Assembly (NCBI RefSeq): GCF_030684315.1
Contig: NC_081387.1
Coordinates: 11,118,822 to 11,180,106 of the forward strand
Length of the DNA stretch: 61,285 nucleotides
Reading direction: 5' to 3'
Source: Stegostoma tigrinum
Taxonomy: Eukaryota
A program made the translations under genes and the position numbers. The notes beneath the pieces were generated by a model. It was not told the DNA's origin, ran no database searches, and saw only the letters and a program-made list of their open reading frames with translations. This document shows, piece by piece, positions 36,176-49,995 of the stretch. The stretch's first letter is position 1. Each line of letters begins with the position of its first letter.

Positions 36176-37748
36176 AACATAGAACATAGAACAGTACAGC
36201 ACAGAACAGGCCCTTCAGCCCACAATGTTGTGCCGACCATTGATCCTCATGTATGCACCCTCAAATTTCTGTGACCATATACATGTCCAGCAGTCTCTTA
36301 AATGACCCCAATGACCTTGCTTCCACAACTGCTGCTGGCAACGCATTCCATGCTCTCACAACTCTCTGCGTAAACAACCTGCCTCTGACATCCCCTCTAT
36401 ACTTTCCACCAACCAGCTTAAAACTATGACCCCTCGTGCTAGCCATTTCTGCCCTGGGAAATAGTCTCTGGCTATCAACTCTATCTATGCCTCTCATTAT
36501 CTTGTATACCTCAATTAGGTCCGCTCTCCTCCTCCTTTTCTCCAATGAAAAGAGACCGAGCTCAGTCAACCTCTCTTCATAAGATAAGCCCTCCAGTCCA
36601 GGCAGCATCCTGGTAAACCTCCTCTGAACCCTCTCCAAAGCATCCACATCTTTCCTATAAAAGGGCGCCCAGAACTGGACGCAGTATTCCAAGTGCGGTC
36701 TAACCAAAGTTTTATAGAGCTGCAACAAGATCTCACGACTCTTAAACTCAATCCCCCTGTTAATGAAAGCCAAAACACCATATGCTTTCTTAACAACCCT
36801 GTCCACTTGGGTAGCCATTTTAAGGGATCTATGTATCTGCACACCAAGATCCCTCTGTTCCTCCACGCTGCCAAGAATCCTATCCTTAATCCTGTACTCA
36901 GCTTTCAAATTCGACCTTCCAAAATGCATCACCTCGCATTTATCCAGGTTGAACTCCATCTGCCACGTCTCAGCCCATCTCTGCATCCTGTCAATGTCCC
37001 GCTGCAGCCTACAACAGCCCTCTACACTGTCAACGACACCTCCGACCTTTGTGTCGTCTGCAAACTTGCTGACCCATCCTTCAATCCCCTCATCCAAGTC
37101 ATTAATAAAAATTACAAACAGTAGAGGCCCAAGGACAGAGCCCTGTGGAACCCCACTCACCACTGACTTCCAGGCAGAATATTTTCCTTCTACTGCCACT
37201 CGCTGTCTTCTGTTGGCCAGCCAATTCTGTATCCAGACAGCTAAGTTCCCCTGTATCCCATTCCTCCTGACCTTCTGAATGAGCCTACCATGGGGAACCT
37301 TATCAAATGCCTTACTGAAGTCCATATACACCACATCCACAGCTCGACCCTCATCAACTTTTCTAGTCACATCCTCAAAAAACTCGATAAGGTTTGTAAG
37401 GCATGACCTACCCCTCACAAAGCCGTGTTGACTGTATTTGATCAAGCCATGCTCTTCCAGATGGTCATAAATCTTATCCCTCAGAACCCTTTCTAACACC
37501 TTGCAGACGACAGACGTGAGACTTACTGGTCTATAATTGCCGGGGATTTCCCTATTTCCTTTCTTGAAGAGAGGAATTACATTTGCCTCTCTCCAGTCCT
37601 CAGGTACGACTCCAGTGGAGAGCGAGGATGCAAAGATCTTCGCAAGTGGCGAAGCAATTGCATTTCTCGCTTCCCAAAGCAGCCGAGGACAAATCTGGTC
37701 CGGGCCTGGCGACTTGTCAATCTTAATGTTTGACAAAATTTTCAGCAC
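36176..37748 (-). mobile_element. Young 5'-truncated CR1/HER1-like LINE with open RT frame, in the last intron of gene B
   Basis: SPGPD, NYRPVSLTS, YMDFSKAFDKV, GVPQGSVLGP, FADD; (ATGTTCT)n tail; TSD AATATTAG at 36168-36175 and 37749-37756. Confidence 0.95.
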
Positions 37749-38234
37749 AATATTAGGAGAAGCGGACATGGTAGATAGAGGGGAACTGCTTCCAATGGTT
37801 GGAGCGTCTTGGACTTGAATGTCAGTGTAATTAGAATTGCACCCACTGAGAGTGAAAATAGGAAACGCTTCCACACAAACAGAGCAGGAAATGGTTCGAA
37901 CTCTCCTCAAAAGAAAATTCATGCAAAGTTGGCTTTGGTGAAATAAAAATCAATAAAACTGAAAATTAAGGGACAGGTTGAAGATGGGTAAATAGATTGA
38001 GGTGCCAGACTACCCGTGATCTCATTGAACAGTGGAACAGGATTGAGGGGCTAAATGGCCTCACTATCTTCCTGTGCCCCTGTGGGTTTTGCTGGTCTTT
38101 AGGGTGTGGGTCTAAGGGGTTTTACTGATGCTTCGGGAATGGGTTTCTGTGTTTTGCTGCTGGTGTTTGTGGGAGATGCTTCAGGGTCTGCTGGGTTTTC
38201 TGTGGTCTGTAACCATGCTATTTCTCTTCCCCAG

Positions 38235-39810
38235 TGGTCTCTGATGTCCTGCTAGAAACTCGATTTCCATTACTGTGATTGATCTTCTGGTTAATTCTCC
38301 TGCAATTTCTGGAGTAATAGACGATCTGGATTTGAGAAATGATATCACTTTGTTAATTATAGATTATTGAGACAACATCTGACATGATATGGAGAGTTTC
38401 ACATTCGGCGCAGATGGTGGCACAGTGCTGAGGTCACTGCCCTGAGAATCCAGAAGGCCAGCTTAATATTTTGTGGGGGCACAGGTTCAAATAATTCTGT
38501 GGCAGATGGTGAAATACAAATTCAGTCAAATTTAGAATTAAGAGCTGGTTTAATGGTGACCACATAATCATCACTGATTGTCATAAAAAGTCATCTGGTT
38601 CACTCATGCCCTTTCGGGAAAGAAATCTGTCATCCTTATCTGGCATGGACCACATGTCACTGCACAACTGGTTAAATCTTAACTACCCTCTGGACAATGA
38701 GAAACAACTTTTAAGCCTTGACTATTTTTCCTCAGAAAAATTTCATCTCCATAGATCACCGCCCAATGGTCATGCCACATGCATTGTCCTGTCAGTCAAT
38801 TCAGCACATACACCTGATCTCTTTGTCAGTCACTCTTCAGTGAGATCATCCCAGATTTCATTTCAATTTTCATGCACCTTAAATACTGAGTGAAGCCTTT
38901 TCCATGCTCTTGTTACAGAGACTGACTGAAGCCAATTGTTACTTTTAATTTGGTATACACTGCCAAATGGCAATAGATGTCATGAATTGATCTCCTGCTC
39001 ATGGCATGCTGCAGCCTCAGACTCTCTGACTTAAATTATTTCCTATTTTCACACTTCTATCAATTTATAAACTTCCTGGTGCAAAGCCTCATTCAAGCAG
39101 GGTAATCATGGTTTGCAGCTCTCATGCCTTGGGTTCAAGGCACCACTATTTTCTGTTCCTCTCTCTCTGACTCAAAGATTCTGTTCAGCTGTTTATGAAG
39201 CATCTAGTCATACAGAACAGAAACAGACCCTTCAATCCATGCCGAACATAATCCCAGACTAAACTAGTCCTACCTGCCTGCATACCCCTCCAAATAGTTC
39301 TTATTCATGTACGTATCCAAATATAAATGTTGTAACTGTACCTATTTCCAACACTTCCTTTTGGAATTTCATTCCACACATGGACCACTCACTGTGGTGC
39401 TCATGTCTTTTTAAAATATTTCTCCTCTCACCGTAAAAGTATGGCCCCCCGAGTCATGCCATCTCCCACACAAATGAATCTTGCAGCTGGTCCTGAGATT
39501 TATGTCGCAAATTCTTAGTGTTATTACAAATCAGTGATAAAAGATTTGTGTGTTAATTCATTTTTGAATATTTTATAAGTAAAGCAAAAGCAAGTGATTT
39601 TATTTAATTGGACGTCTGGATTTCTTAAAGTTGTTACATTTTTATCGTTTTGTTCTCACACTGCAGCCCCAAATCTTGCCAAAGTTTGCATTTCTGATCA
39701 TTTAGGTTTATCTGTTCAGGATACTTGATTTATTCTTTCAACGTAGATTCCATTGCACTAATGTTGTCTTTGCTGAAGCTGCAAAAATAAAATAATTTTT
39801 TTCTTCCACT
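38235..39810 (+). other. Putative 3'UTR exon of gene B
   Basis: Acceptor tttctcttccccag paralogous to the A acceptor at 13055; AATAAA at ~39786. Confidence 0.5.
38416..38695 (+). mobile_element. Old tRNA-headed SINE (SacSINE1/DeuSINE-like); related copy on minus at ~43750-44120
   Basis: GGTGGCACAGTG A box, GGTTCAAAT B box, body ctggttcact..cccttt..ggaa.gaaatctg. Confidence 0.55.
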
Positions 39811-41806
39811 TCCTGTCTCTGTCCTTAGTCCTATTCTGAAGACATGTCCTCCTGATGTATAGAAGAACAATACTGAGTCCCTGACAGATAGAACTGAAAG
39901 GAATTAATAATTAAAAACTACACCCAGTGCAGAGTGTGCAAAAAGATAGAAACAACTTGTCAAACCAGTCATCTTTGTTTGAGGAGATGATAGACACATG
40001 ATAGGGGGATGTGGTGGATGAAGAATACATAGACTTTAGAAATACATTTAACAATGACCACGTAGGTGATTACTAGAGAAGCTAAAATGAGAAACTGACA
40101 TTGGTTTTCGTACAAGAGAGCTTTAACTGGAGCACGATGCCCTCGGACCATTCCAGGCCCTCATTGCGAATTTGGAGCTAGAATGCTGAGGATTGGCAAA
40201 AAGTAATCTTCAAGACCCTGTCTGCTCCTCCTGCCCAGTCAGTGGATCCTGATTTTGATTGCTCCAGGAGTTTCGTGGAGAAGTGAATCTGTCTAGTAAC
40301 TTGGACCAACTCTGATCAGGCAAATGTGGACGTGTGCTCACCAGGTTGGGGGCAGTAGCAGAGAGACCTGTGCGTGTTTACAATCCTTCCGTACCCAGTT
40401 GTGAATGGTAATCAACAGGAAAAGGAGGCTGTACACACTGCCTCATCCTGAATGAAACTGGAGTAAAACACTTCAGAACAAAAGACAATTTGATCATGAA
40501 TGTGTGGAATTCAGTACCCCAGAGTGAAGTAGATACTGCGACATTTAGTGAAGTTTAGGAGGATACAGACAAGTTTTTAATCAGTCATGGATGGACGGGA
40601 TACGGGAAACTGGCAGGAACATGGGTTGAGACCACACTGAGTGTTAGGCTCGAGGCGTTGAATTGCTCACTACTGCTCCTAATTCTTATATTCCCATTTG
40701 CATCCATTTTCAGTCATGTGCTGAGTGGATGAGCTCCCAGAAGAGCAGATGCCAGTTTTCAGCAACTTGATGTCAAGGAATGGTCTTAATCTTAGGAAGT
40801 GGTTGAGTGTGAGGGGTAAAGGTATTGAGAAAGGATGCAGCACCCCAGGCAAAACTTGAATATCCCAACTCAACTTATAATTCAACAAGAGATAGTATAT
40901 TGTATTGCTATCCATTCTTGTGAATTCAAATTGTGGACGTGCATGACAGGTTTATATGTTTGGAATGACATTTTTATATCCATGACTATGAACTTTCTCA
41001 GAGTACTGAAAGGGACATTTTCATCACCCTCTGAGACATCAGAACCATGCAGGAGAGGATACATGAAAATCAGACACTTTGAACTTTTGATAAGATTATT
41101 TGAAAGTAAACAAAGTGTGGTCTGATACTGGGATATTATGTAACTTCATAGATTGTGACCTGCACAACAGGAAAACACTGAGTCAAGCACTGAGCAGAGA
41201 AACTGACATGATGGCAATGAATGTGTTAGCAGTGAGAGGGAGTAAAATGGACAAATGGAGAAATTAACAGCACTCCATCCAAAGAATAAGAAATATGACT
41301 GAATGAGGTGATCTGCAGAGAGGTAGTGCTGAACAAAGTCAATAACAGTCAGATAATTCTGGGACCTTTGATATGTGTTTGATGCAAATTTGAGAAATTA
41401 GGGAAATTAGTCCTTCAGGAATAACTAGGTTTAGCTGAAAACTAGTTTGGAGAGATGAATAATAATATGTCTTTCATAAAGAAAAGTAAGAAAAGTTATA
41501 GGATATTCAGAAAAAAACACTAGTGATGTGGACACCATGTTACCTGAGCAGCAGGAAAGGTTGCAGTAATTCATGACGAATGATTGTGATTCTGTGTGCA
41601 AGAGCAATTTCAAAGCATGTGGATGACACAAAACTTGGGAGAGTCATCAACTGCGAGGAGAGAAGTGAAGGAGCAGAGGGACCTTGCTGTAAATGTGCAC
41701 AGGTTATCGAAGGACAAGTGGAGAGAGCAATGTACAAAATATAGTGTATTTACAGGGACACAATACACGAGCGAGGATGTGATGAAGACAGACATTACAC
41801 CTCAGC

Positions 41807-42162
41807 GATAGTGTTCATCCAGCTTCACACTTTGTTATCTTGGATTCTCCAGTATCTGTAGTTCCCATTATCTCTGATCACAATTTTAACCTCACTGCGA
41901 AGCATCTTCCAGGGATGCCTAACCTGAAGAAGTTACCCTCCTCCCTCGGGACGAACCTCAGGGAATCTCTTTCCCAATGTAACTCTCCTGTACTCTCCTC
42001 TCCACCTATCTTCTCCTCTATCCTCCCCCTCTCTCCCTATTTATTTCAGAATCCTCTCCCCATCCCCCTCTCTGATGAAGGGCCGAGGCCCAAAACGTCA
42101 GCTTTTGTGCTCGTGAGATGCTGCTTGGCCTGCTGTGTTCATCCAGCTTCACACTTTGTTAT
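41807..42162 (+). mobile_element. Internally deleted PLE with tandem termini, inserted in an old CR1
   Basis: TSD CATTACACCTCAGC at 41793-41806 and 42163-42176. Confidence 0.8.
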
Positions 42163-42779
42163 CATTACACCTCAGCTACAGCTTTGTATCCAGTTCAGGG
42201 CAGCCACACTACAGGAAAGAGATAAATTCAATAGACAGAAGGCATTTGCAACAATGGTCCCACGGTTGAGAAACTTAAGTTATGATAATAAATAGAAGAG
42301 TTCAGGACTGTTCTTTTTTGATTGAAGAACATTAAGTGGAAAAAACATCAAAAAGATGTGGGGCTGAATGGAGTAGGTAGGGAGAATGTCTTCCCACTCA
42401 AAAGAAAAACCAAGAATGAGTGGGGCATACATATAAACTGAGTTGCAAAAGAAGCAAACACAAGTTTAGAATGAATGGTTCAGATCTGGAACACATTGCC
42501 TGGAAGTATGATGGAAGCAGAATCAACTGAGGCTTTCGAGACAGCATTACATGATTATTTAATGGAAACAACATGCAAGGGAAATAGGAGAATAGCCCGA
42601 AATCAGAATGTTCATTTAGAGAGGCAGTGCAGACAACGGCCTCTTTCTGCATCACAGCACTTCTGCGTCTCTGTGAATTATGGTGCTTTAATTGAGTAGT
42701 ACTTTTTCAAATAACATAGAACTCCTGAGGAATCAGGGGGCACAGCATTAAAACTCTGCCTTTCTCTGTTTGGAAAAAC

Positions 42780-43720
42780 ATAAACAATTCCAAGTATTCG
42801 GGGACAATGACAAGGTTGAAGACAAACATTGCATTCCCTGCATTGAGGCCGCTAGATTCTACAGATATTCCTGAATTGATCACAGAGAGATTTTTGACAA
42901 CCTGTGTACCCCTCTGGTAATGGCTGGCAGGTGATCTTCAACCCTCAACAAGTAAACTAAGAAACAATCTTGAAGCATATGAATAGACAGAGACTGAGTG
43001 ATGATCCTGAAACCTTGGTTACCTGACCAAATGCATTGGGTAGAAATGCTGAACAAAGTGCCTGACAGATTGTAAACTGACCAACCCTTTGCACTGAAGT
43101 ACATTAACAAGTGTTTGGAGGCAGGGGCAGTTCTCGTCAGGTAGGCAGGTGGCAAATGGCACATGGGAAATGCAGTAAGACCTGGGGAAGAACTCCCTGA
43201 CACTTTGTCCAGGGGACAGAATACTCCCAGGGAACACTGATGTTCACACCGTCCTCATCAGCATCAAACAGGCTTGCACGGAAAGTTTGAGTATATTCAA
43301 AAACTGACCTCAGGTGTTTTATCCGAAGATCTGACAGGGAGAGAGACAGGTGGAGGGCAACAATGATCTTATAAACATACTTAGAACATGCCAAATCTTC
43401 AGATTCTTCTCCTGGTGTAACAGCAGCCGTTGGTCAGGAGTGAGTGCAGTATTGTTAAGGCAGTTGCCTGGGACCAGTTGATCCACCCTCCTTGTATAGT
43501 CTGAAACCAGGCCCATGGGAAAATTTACTGAGCTTCCACAAAATCTAATCAAGTACTGATGGAAGGACCATTGTCTTACAAGAAACCTGGAAGATTCAGG
43601 AACTTGTTGCTGAGATTGAGCTCCCGAGTGTGCACTATTGATTGTAGCTGTGTGCATCATTGTGTCCTAGCTCCTCACTGATATAATGGTGGTGAGAGAC
43701 TAGTAGGCTGCAGTGCTGAT
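42780..43720 (-). mobile_element. Highly degenerate LINE, possibly Vingi/Ingi-like
   Basis: Weak ordered motifs SQQQVP, NFPMGLVSDYT and SVPWEYSVPWTKC resemble SQHRP, NFRKADW and IPRG..IPCW. Confidence 0.3.
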
Positions 43721-44124
43721 ACTGAAGCTCATCAGCAATTGATATTAATTTTTTTTATTCATTCACAAGATGTAGATGACACTTGCTCGGCCAGCATTTG
43801 ATGCCCATCCCTGTTTCAGAGTCAATTGCTTTCTTATGGCTTTGGAAACACACATCAGTCAGATCAAGTAAGGACAGTAGTTTGCTTCCTCTAAGGGCAA
43901 TAGAGAATCAGGTGGGAGTTTCCATGACAATGGTTTCCTCATCATTGCTAGATGCTCATTTTCAGATATAGATATCTGAATATCTTCAATATATCAGTAT
44001 AGTTCTATTGAATTCAAATTCCATCATCTGCACAGTGGGATTTGAGCCCCAATCCACAGAATATTACCCAAATGATCAACAGGCTGGTGATCATATTACT
44101 GGGCCACCACATTCCCTCTGACTA

Positions 44125-45112
44125 CTGTGGCTCCATTATCTTTCAACAATACCCTAACCGCATCCCACCAGCATCAGAAGAGCATCAGAAGCCATTTCCA
44201 CCATCTCCCACAAGATGCCACCACCAGACACATATTCCTCTCCCCTCCCTTGTCCACCTTCCATAGGGACCGTTCCTTCCAGTACAGCCTGGTCTACTCT
44301 TCCTTCTGTCCCAACACCCACCCCCACCCCCAGCATCACAGCACCTTCCTCTGTAACCGGTGAAAGTACAACACCTGTCCATTTACTTCCTCCCTAGTAT
44401 CCAAGGGCCCAAAGATACCTTCCAGGTGAGGTAACACTCCACCTGCACTTCGCAGAATCTGGTTGACTGCATTCACTGATCACAATGTGGTCTCCTTTAC
44501 ATTTGGGAAACAAAGTGTAGACTGGGTGACTGCTTTACAGAACATTTACCTTACGCTCGCAAAATAGACCCTGAACTACCTGTTGCCTGCTACTTCGACA
44601 CTCCAGCCTGTTCCCTGGCCAACATCTCTGTCTCTGGCTTGCTGCAGTGTTCCTGTGAAGCTCAAAGCAAGCTGGAGAAAGAACACCTCATTTTCCATTT
44701 GGGGACCTACAGTCCTCCAAGGCTCAACATTGAGTTCAATAATTTTAGGGCTGAATCTCTCCCATGTCCTCACCCCCTACCTCACATGCTAGGCCTTGTT
44801 ACCTCATAGCCTGCCATTACACACTACCTGTTATTAATCCCTAATAGTCCCCATTAACAACTATTCGCCCTCCCAGTCAGATCATTAACAACTCCTTCGT
44901 TATCCAAATGGTCTTCTCTCTCTTTGGACTCTATCCTTTTGTTTACACCCTCCTCCATCTCCCTCCCTATTTTCTACATAAAAACTGATGGTTTCCCAGC
45001 TACCATCAGTTCTGAGGAAGGGTCACCGGACTGAAATGTTAACTCTGATTTTTCTCTTCACAGATGCTGCCAAAACTGCTGAGCTTTTCCAGTAACTTCT
45101 GTTTTTGTTCCC
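44125..45112 (+). mobile_element. Older-subfamily PLE 3' part with hammerhead-like terminus
   Basis: EN remnant; terminus agtt-CTGAGGA-agggtcaccggact-GAAA-tgtt-aact at ~45008-45045. Confidence 0.75.
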
Positions 45113-46009
45113 ATCCCCAGCAAGATGTTCTCTTATTCAACTGAGAACATTTATGATTTGGAACATCATCAAGTCATTGTGAAAGGAAAATGCTCTTTGT
45201 AAACATCAGGTATTCGAATCAAATCAATTTGAGAAGGAAGCTGAAGTTTTGCAATCAAGTTCCATTTAGGGAACTTCTACAGTTGCAGCAATGAACTCCG
45301 CTCCATCTGATGATCATCATTTCTGCTGATGCTTGTACAATGCTCGGTACTTTTTCTGTCTTCACATTTACTAAAGTAGGCTGTGTCCATATATAGCAAG
45401 AGCTGTGTCTCCTGACGTGAGAATGATGAGGCAGCAGATACACAGAGACACCACTTTCTGAACGATCCCCTCTAAGTCATACTTACTTTGAACAGTGTAG
45501 TTCGTCCTTTACTGTCACTGGGTCAAAACCCTGGAACTCCCTGATGAATATCAGTGTGGGTCTACCACATGCAGTGCGGCAGTTCAAAGAGGTGGCTTAT
45601 CATCATTTTCTTCATGGTGATTAGTGACAGTGAATAAATGCTAGTGAGGCCCACAACCTGTACTGAAGGCAAATCTACTTTTGGAGTGTAACAAGGCAAG
45701 TGGATGAACTGTACCATACATATAGGTACTACAGCTCCAACTGCAGCTCAGAGGATGGGAGTTCTGTGATGAGTAATTGACCTCCTATCTTCTCAGTACC
45801 TACCTACAAAGCACAAATTGATGTCAGTGAATACTTTCCACTTATCTGGAGGGTAGAGCTTCAGCAGGTCAAGATGGCATCTCAGAGCTACTTTCTCAAG
45901 GGCTGTTCTGGATTGGGTATCAATCCTGTCTAAGCCAGCATTGCTCAAATCTTATCGATGAATTAAAATTTGCCATTGAATCACAACAGGGCAAGTGCAC
46001 GAGATGAAC

Positions 46010-46691
46010 TTTCCTTGAAAGTTGCCACCCAGGTTTCCTTGAAAGTTGCCACCCAGGTTGACAGGGCTGTTAAGAAGGCATACAGCTTTTATTAATAGAT
46101 GGATCGAGTTCCGGAACCAAGAGGTTATGCTGCAGCTGTACAAAACTCTGGTGCGGCCGCACTTGGAGTATTGCGTGCAGTTCTGGTCACCGCATTATAA
46201 GAAGGATAATGCTTTGGAAAGGGTGCAGAGGAGATTTACTAGGATGTTGCCTGGTATGGAGGGAAGGTCTTATGAGGAAAGGCTGAGGGACTTGAGGCTA
46301 TTTTCATTAGAGAGAAGAAGGTTGAGAGGTGACTTAATTGAAACATATAAAATAATCAGAGGGTTAGATAGGGTGGATAGGGAGAGCCTTTTTCCTAGGA
46401 TGGTGACGGCAAGCATGAGGGGGCATAGCTTTAAATTGAGGGGTGAAAGATATAGGACAGATGTCAGAGGTAGTTTCTTTACTCAGAGAGTAGTAAGGGA
46501 ATGGAATGCTTTGCCTGTAACGATAGTAGATTTGCCAACTTTAGGTACATCTAAGTTGTCATTGGATGAGCATATGGACGTACATGGAATAGTGTAGGTT
46601 AGATGGGCTTGAGATCGGTATGACAGGTCGGCACAACATCGAGGGCCGAATGGCCTGTACTGTGCTGTAATGTTATATGTTCGATGTTCTA
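46010..46691 (+). mobile_element. CR1/HER1-like LINE 3' fragment
   Basis: LYKTLVRPHLEYCVQFWSPHY..FFTQRVVREWNALP; tail atgttc repeats. Confidence 0.9.
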
Positions 46692-47149
46692 TGAAAGGGA
46701 ACGTGGACATATGCTGAAAATCCGGGATGAGGCCAATGAAATAGAAATGTCTCATGAACTCTGTAAACTGCAGCACACACTGATGTGATATTCTTCTCTT
46801 TATTACATGTCATCTGACCCTGGGCAGTGCAGTTCAGCTCTGACTATCTAACTATTGAGAAGGCTATCACTCTGGAAGCTGCAAATCACTCTCTCCAAAA
46901 AATACTTGCAAGAAAACTACAGAGGAGGGCTCAGATGGACTGCAACCAATAAGTGGCCTAGTCCCAGAAGAAAATGAGAGAATGTCAATCTAAATGAGAG
47001 CCATGTCAACAGTGCACATCTCGGCCATGGGTGTTATTTTGTTCTTATAGGGTCATAGAGGTATACAGCATGGACACAAGCCCTTCAGCCCAACTTCTAA
47101 ATGCTGGCCAGGCTTCCGAAACTGAACTCGTCCCATTTGGAAATAATAG

Positions 47150-49995
47150 GAAATGCCGATGCTGAAGGTGTAGAGCTGGATGAATGCAGCGGGCCAAGTG
47201 GCATCAGAGGAGCAAGAAGGCTGGCGTTTCAGGTCTGGACCCTTCTTCAGAAATGGAGGAGGGGAAGGGGATTCTGAAATAAATAAGAGAGCGAGGGGAG
47301 GCAGATGGAAAATGGATAAAAGTGCAGATAGGTGGAGAGGAGATGGACAGGTCAAGGAGGCGGGGATAGAGCCAGTAAATGTGAGTGTAGGTAGGCAGTT
47401 AGGGTGGGGGTTGGTCAGTCCAGGGAAGACAGACAGGTCAAGGAGGCAGGGATGAGACTGGTAGGTAGGAGATGGGGATGGCGGTTGAGGTGGGAGGAGT
47501 GGATAGGTGGGAGAAAGAATGGAATGGTTAGCACGCAGGGACGAGGTGGGTTGATTTTGGCTTGCAGTAGGGGAAGGGGGGATTTTCAAGCTTGTGAAGT
47601 CCACATTGATCCCATTGGACTGCAGGGTTCCCAAGCGGAATATGAGATGCTGTTCTTGCCACTTTCGGGTGGCATCATTGTGGCACTTCTGGAGGCCCAG
47701 GAAGGACATGTCGTCCAGGGTGTGGGAGTGGCAGTTGAAGTGGTACGCAGTTGTTTGTCGTTAACCGAGCGCAGGTGTTCCACAACGCGGTCTCCGAGCC
47801 TCCGCTTGGTTTCCCTGAGGTAGAGGAGGCCACATCTGGAACAGCGGATACAATATACCACATTAGCAGATGTGCAGATGAACATCTGTTTGATGTGGAA
47901 GGTTTTCTTGGGGACTGGAATGGGGGTAAGCGGGGAGCTGTAGGGGCAGGTGTAGCTGGGCTGCTTCAGGGATGCAGTGGGGGGAGGGGACGAGCTGGGC
48001 TGGTTTTGGGATGCAGTGGGGGAGTGGGAGATTTTGAAGCTTGTGAAGTCCAGATTGATACCATTGGGCTGTAGGGTTCCCAAGCGGAATATGAGTTACT
48101 GTTCCCACAACCTTTGGGTGGCATCATTGTGGCACTGCAGGAGGCCCATGATGGACATGTCATCTAAGGAATGGGAGGGGAAGTTAAAATGGTTCGCGAC
48201 TGGGAAGTGCAGTTGTTTATTGCAAACTGAGCGGAGGTGTTCTGCAAAGTGATCCCCTAGCATCTGCTTGGTTTCCCCAATGTAGAGGAAGCCACACCGG
48301 GTACAGTGGATACAGTGTACCACATTGGCAGATGTGCAGGTGAACATCTGCTTAATATGGAAGGTTATCTTGGAGCCTGGGATGGGGGTGAGGGACGAGG
48401 TGTGGGGGCAAGTGTAGCACTTCCTGCAGTTGCAGGGGAATGTGCCGGGTGTGATGAGGTTGGAGTGGAGTGTGGAGCGGACAAGGGAGTCACAGAGAGA
48501 GTGGTCTCTCCAGAAGGCAGACAAAGGTGGGGATGGAAAAATGGCTTGGGTGGTGGGGTCAGATTGTAGATGGTGGAAGTGTCGGAGGATGATGCATTGT
48601 ATCCGGAGGTTGGTGGGGTGGTATGTGAGAATGAGGGGGATCCTCTTGGCAGGGTTATTGCAGAGGCAGGGTGTGAGGGGTATGTTGTGGGAAATGCGGG
48701 AGACGCGGTCAAGGGCATTCTCGACCAATGCGGGGGGGAGGTTGCGATCCTTGAAGAACGTGGACATCTGGAATGTGCTGGAGTGAATGCCTCATCTTGG
48801 GAGCAGATGCGACGGAGGTGAAGGAATTGGGAATAGGGGATGGAATTTTTGCAGGAGGGTGGGTGGGAGGAGGTGTATTCTTGGTAGCTGTGGGAGTCGG
48901 TGGGCTTGAAATGGACATCAGTTACAAGCTGGTTGCCTGAGATGGAGACTGAGAGGTCCAGGAAGGTGAGGGATGTGTTGGAGATGGCCCAGGTGAACTT
49001 GAGGTTGGGGTGGAAGGTGTTGGTGAAGTGGATGAACTGTTCGAGCTCCTCTTGGGAGCAAGAGGCGGCGCCAATACAGTCATCAATGTACCAGAGGAAG
49101 AGGTGGGGTTTGGGGCCTGTGTAGGTGCGGAAGAGGGACTGTTCTACGTAACCTACAAAGAGGCAGGCATAGCTTGGGCCCATGCGGATACCCATGTCCA
49201 CCCCCTTTGTTTGTAGGAAGTGGGAGGAAGTGAAAGAGAAGTTGTTGAGGGTGAGGACGAGTTCGGCTAGGCGGATGAGGGTTTCAGTGGAGGGGGACTG
49301 GTCAGGCCTGCAGGACAGGAAGAAGCGGAGGTCCTTGAGGCCATCTGCATGCGGAATACAGGTGTATAGGGACTGGACGTCCAAGGTGAAAATGAGGTGT
49401 TGGGGGCCAGGGAATTGGAAGTTCTGGAGGAGGTGGAGGGCGTGGGTGGTGTCACGGACGTAGGTAGGGAGTTCCTGGGCCAAGGGAGAGAAAATGGAGT
49501 CCAGATAGGTGGAGATGAGTTCGGTAGTGCAGTAGCAGGCTGAAATAATGGGTCGACCAGGGCAGGCAGGTTTGTGGATTTTGGGAAGGAGATAGAAGCG
49601 GGTGGTGTGGGGGTGGGGAACAATGAGGTTGGAGGCTGTGAGTGGGAGGTCCCCTGAGGTGATGAGGTCATGGATGGTATTGCAGATGATGGTTTGGTGC
49701 TCGGGGATGGGGTCATGATCAAGGGGGTGGTAGGAGGAGGTGTCAGAGAGTTGACGTTTGGCCTCGGCGATGTAGAGGTCAGTGCGCCATACTATCACTG
49801 CGCCACCCTTGTCTGTGGGTTTGATGGTGAGGTTAGGGTTGGAGCGGAGGGAGCGGAGGGCTGCCCGTTCTGCAGGGGAGAGGTTCAAGTGGGTGAGAGG
49901 GGTACAAAGGTTGAGGTGGTTAATGTCTCGACAGCAGTTGGAGATGAAGAGGTCGTGGGAGGGTAGGAGGCTGGGGGTGGGGTCCAGGAGGAGGT
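47150..49995 (-). mobile_element. Tandem PLE: near-complete RT/EN copy (47955-49995, frameshift at ~48790) plus a second 3' copy
   Basis: IKPTDKGGAVIVW, FYLLPKIHK, GRPIIS, LDVQSLYT, YIDD; EN in ORF 48096..48767. Confidence 0.95.

Noticed and set aside
37749-37922. N-terminal extension of the 553-aa CR1 ORF
   Set aside because: Beyond the TSD, in host intron sequence.
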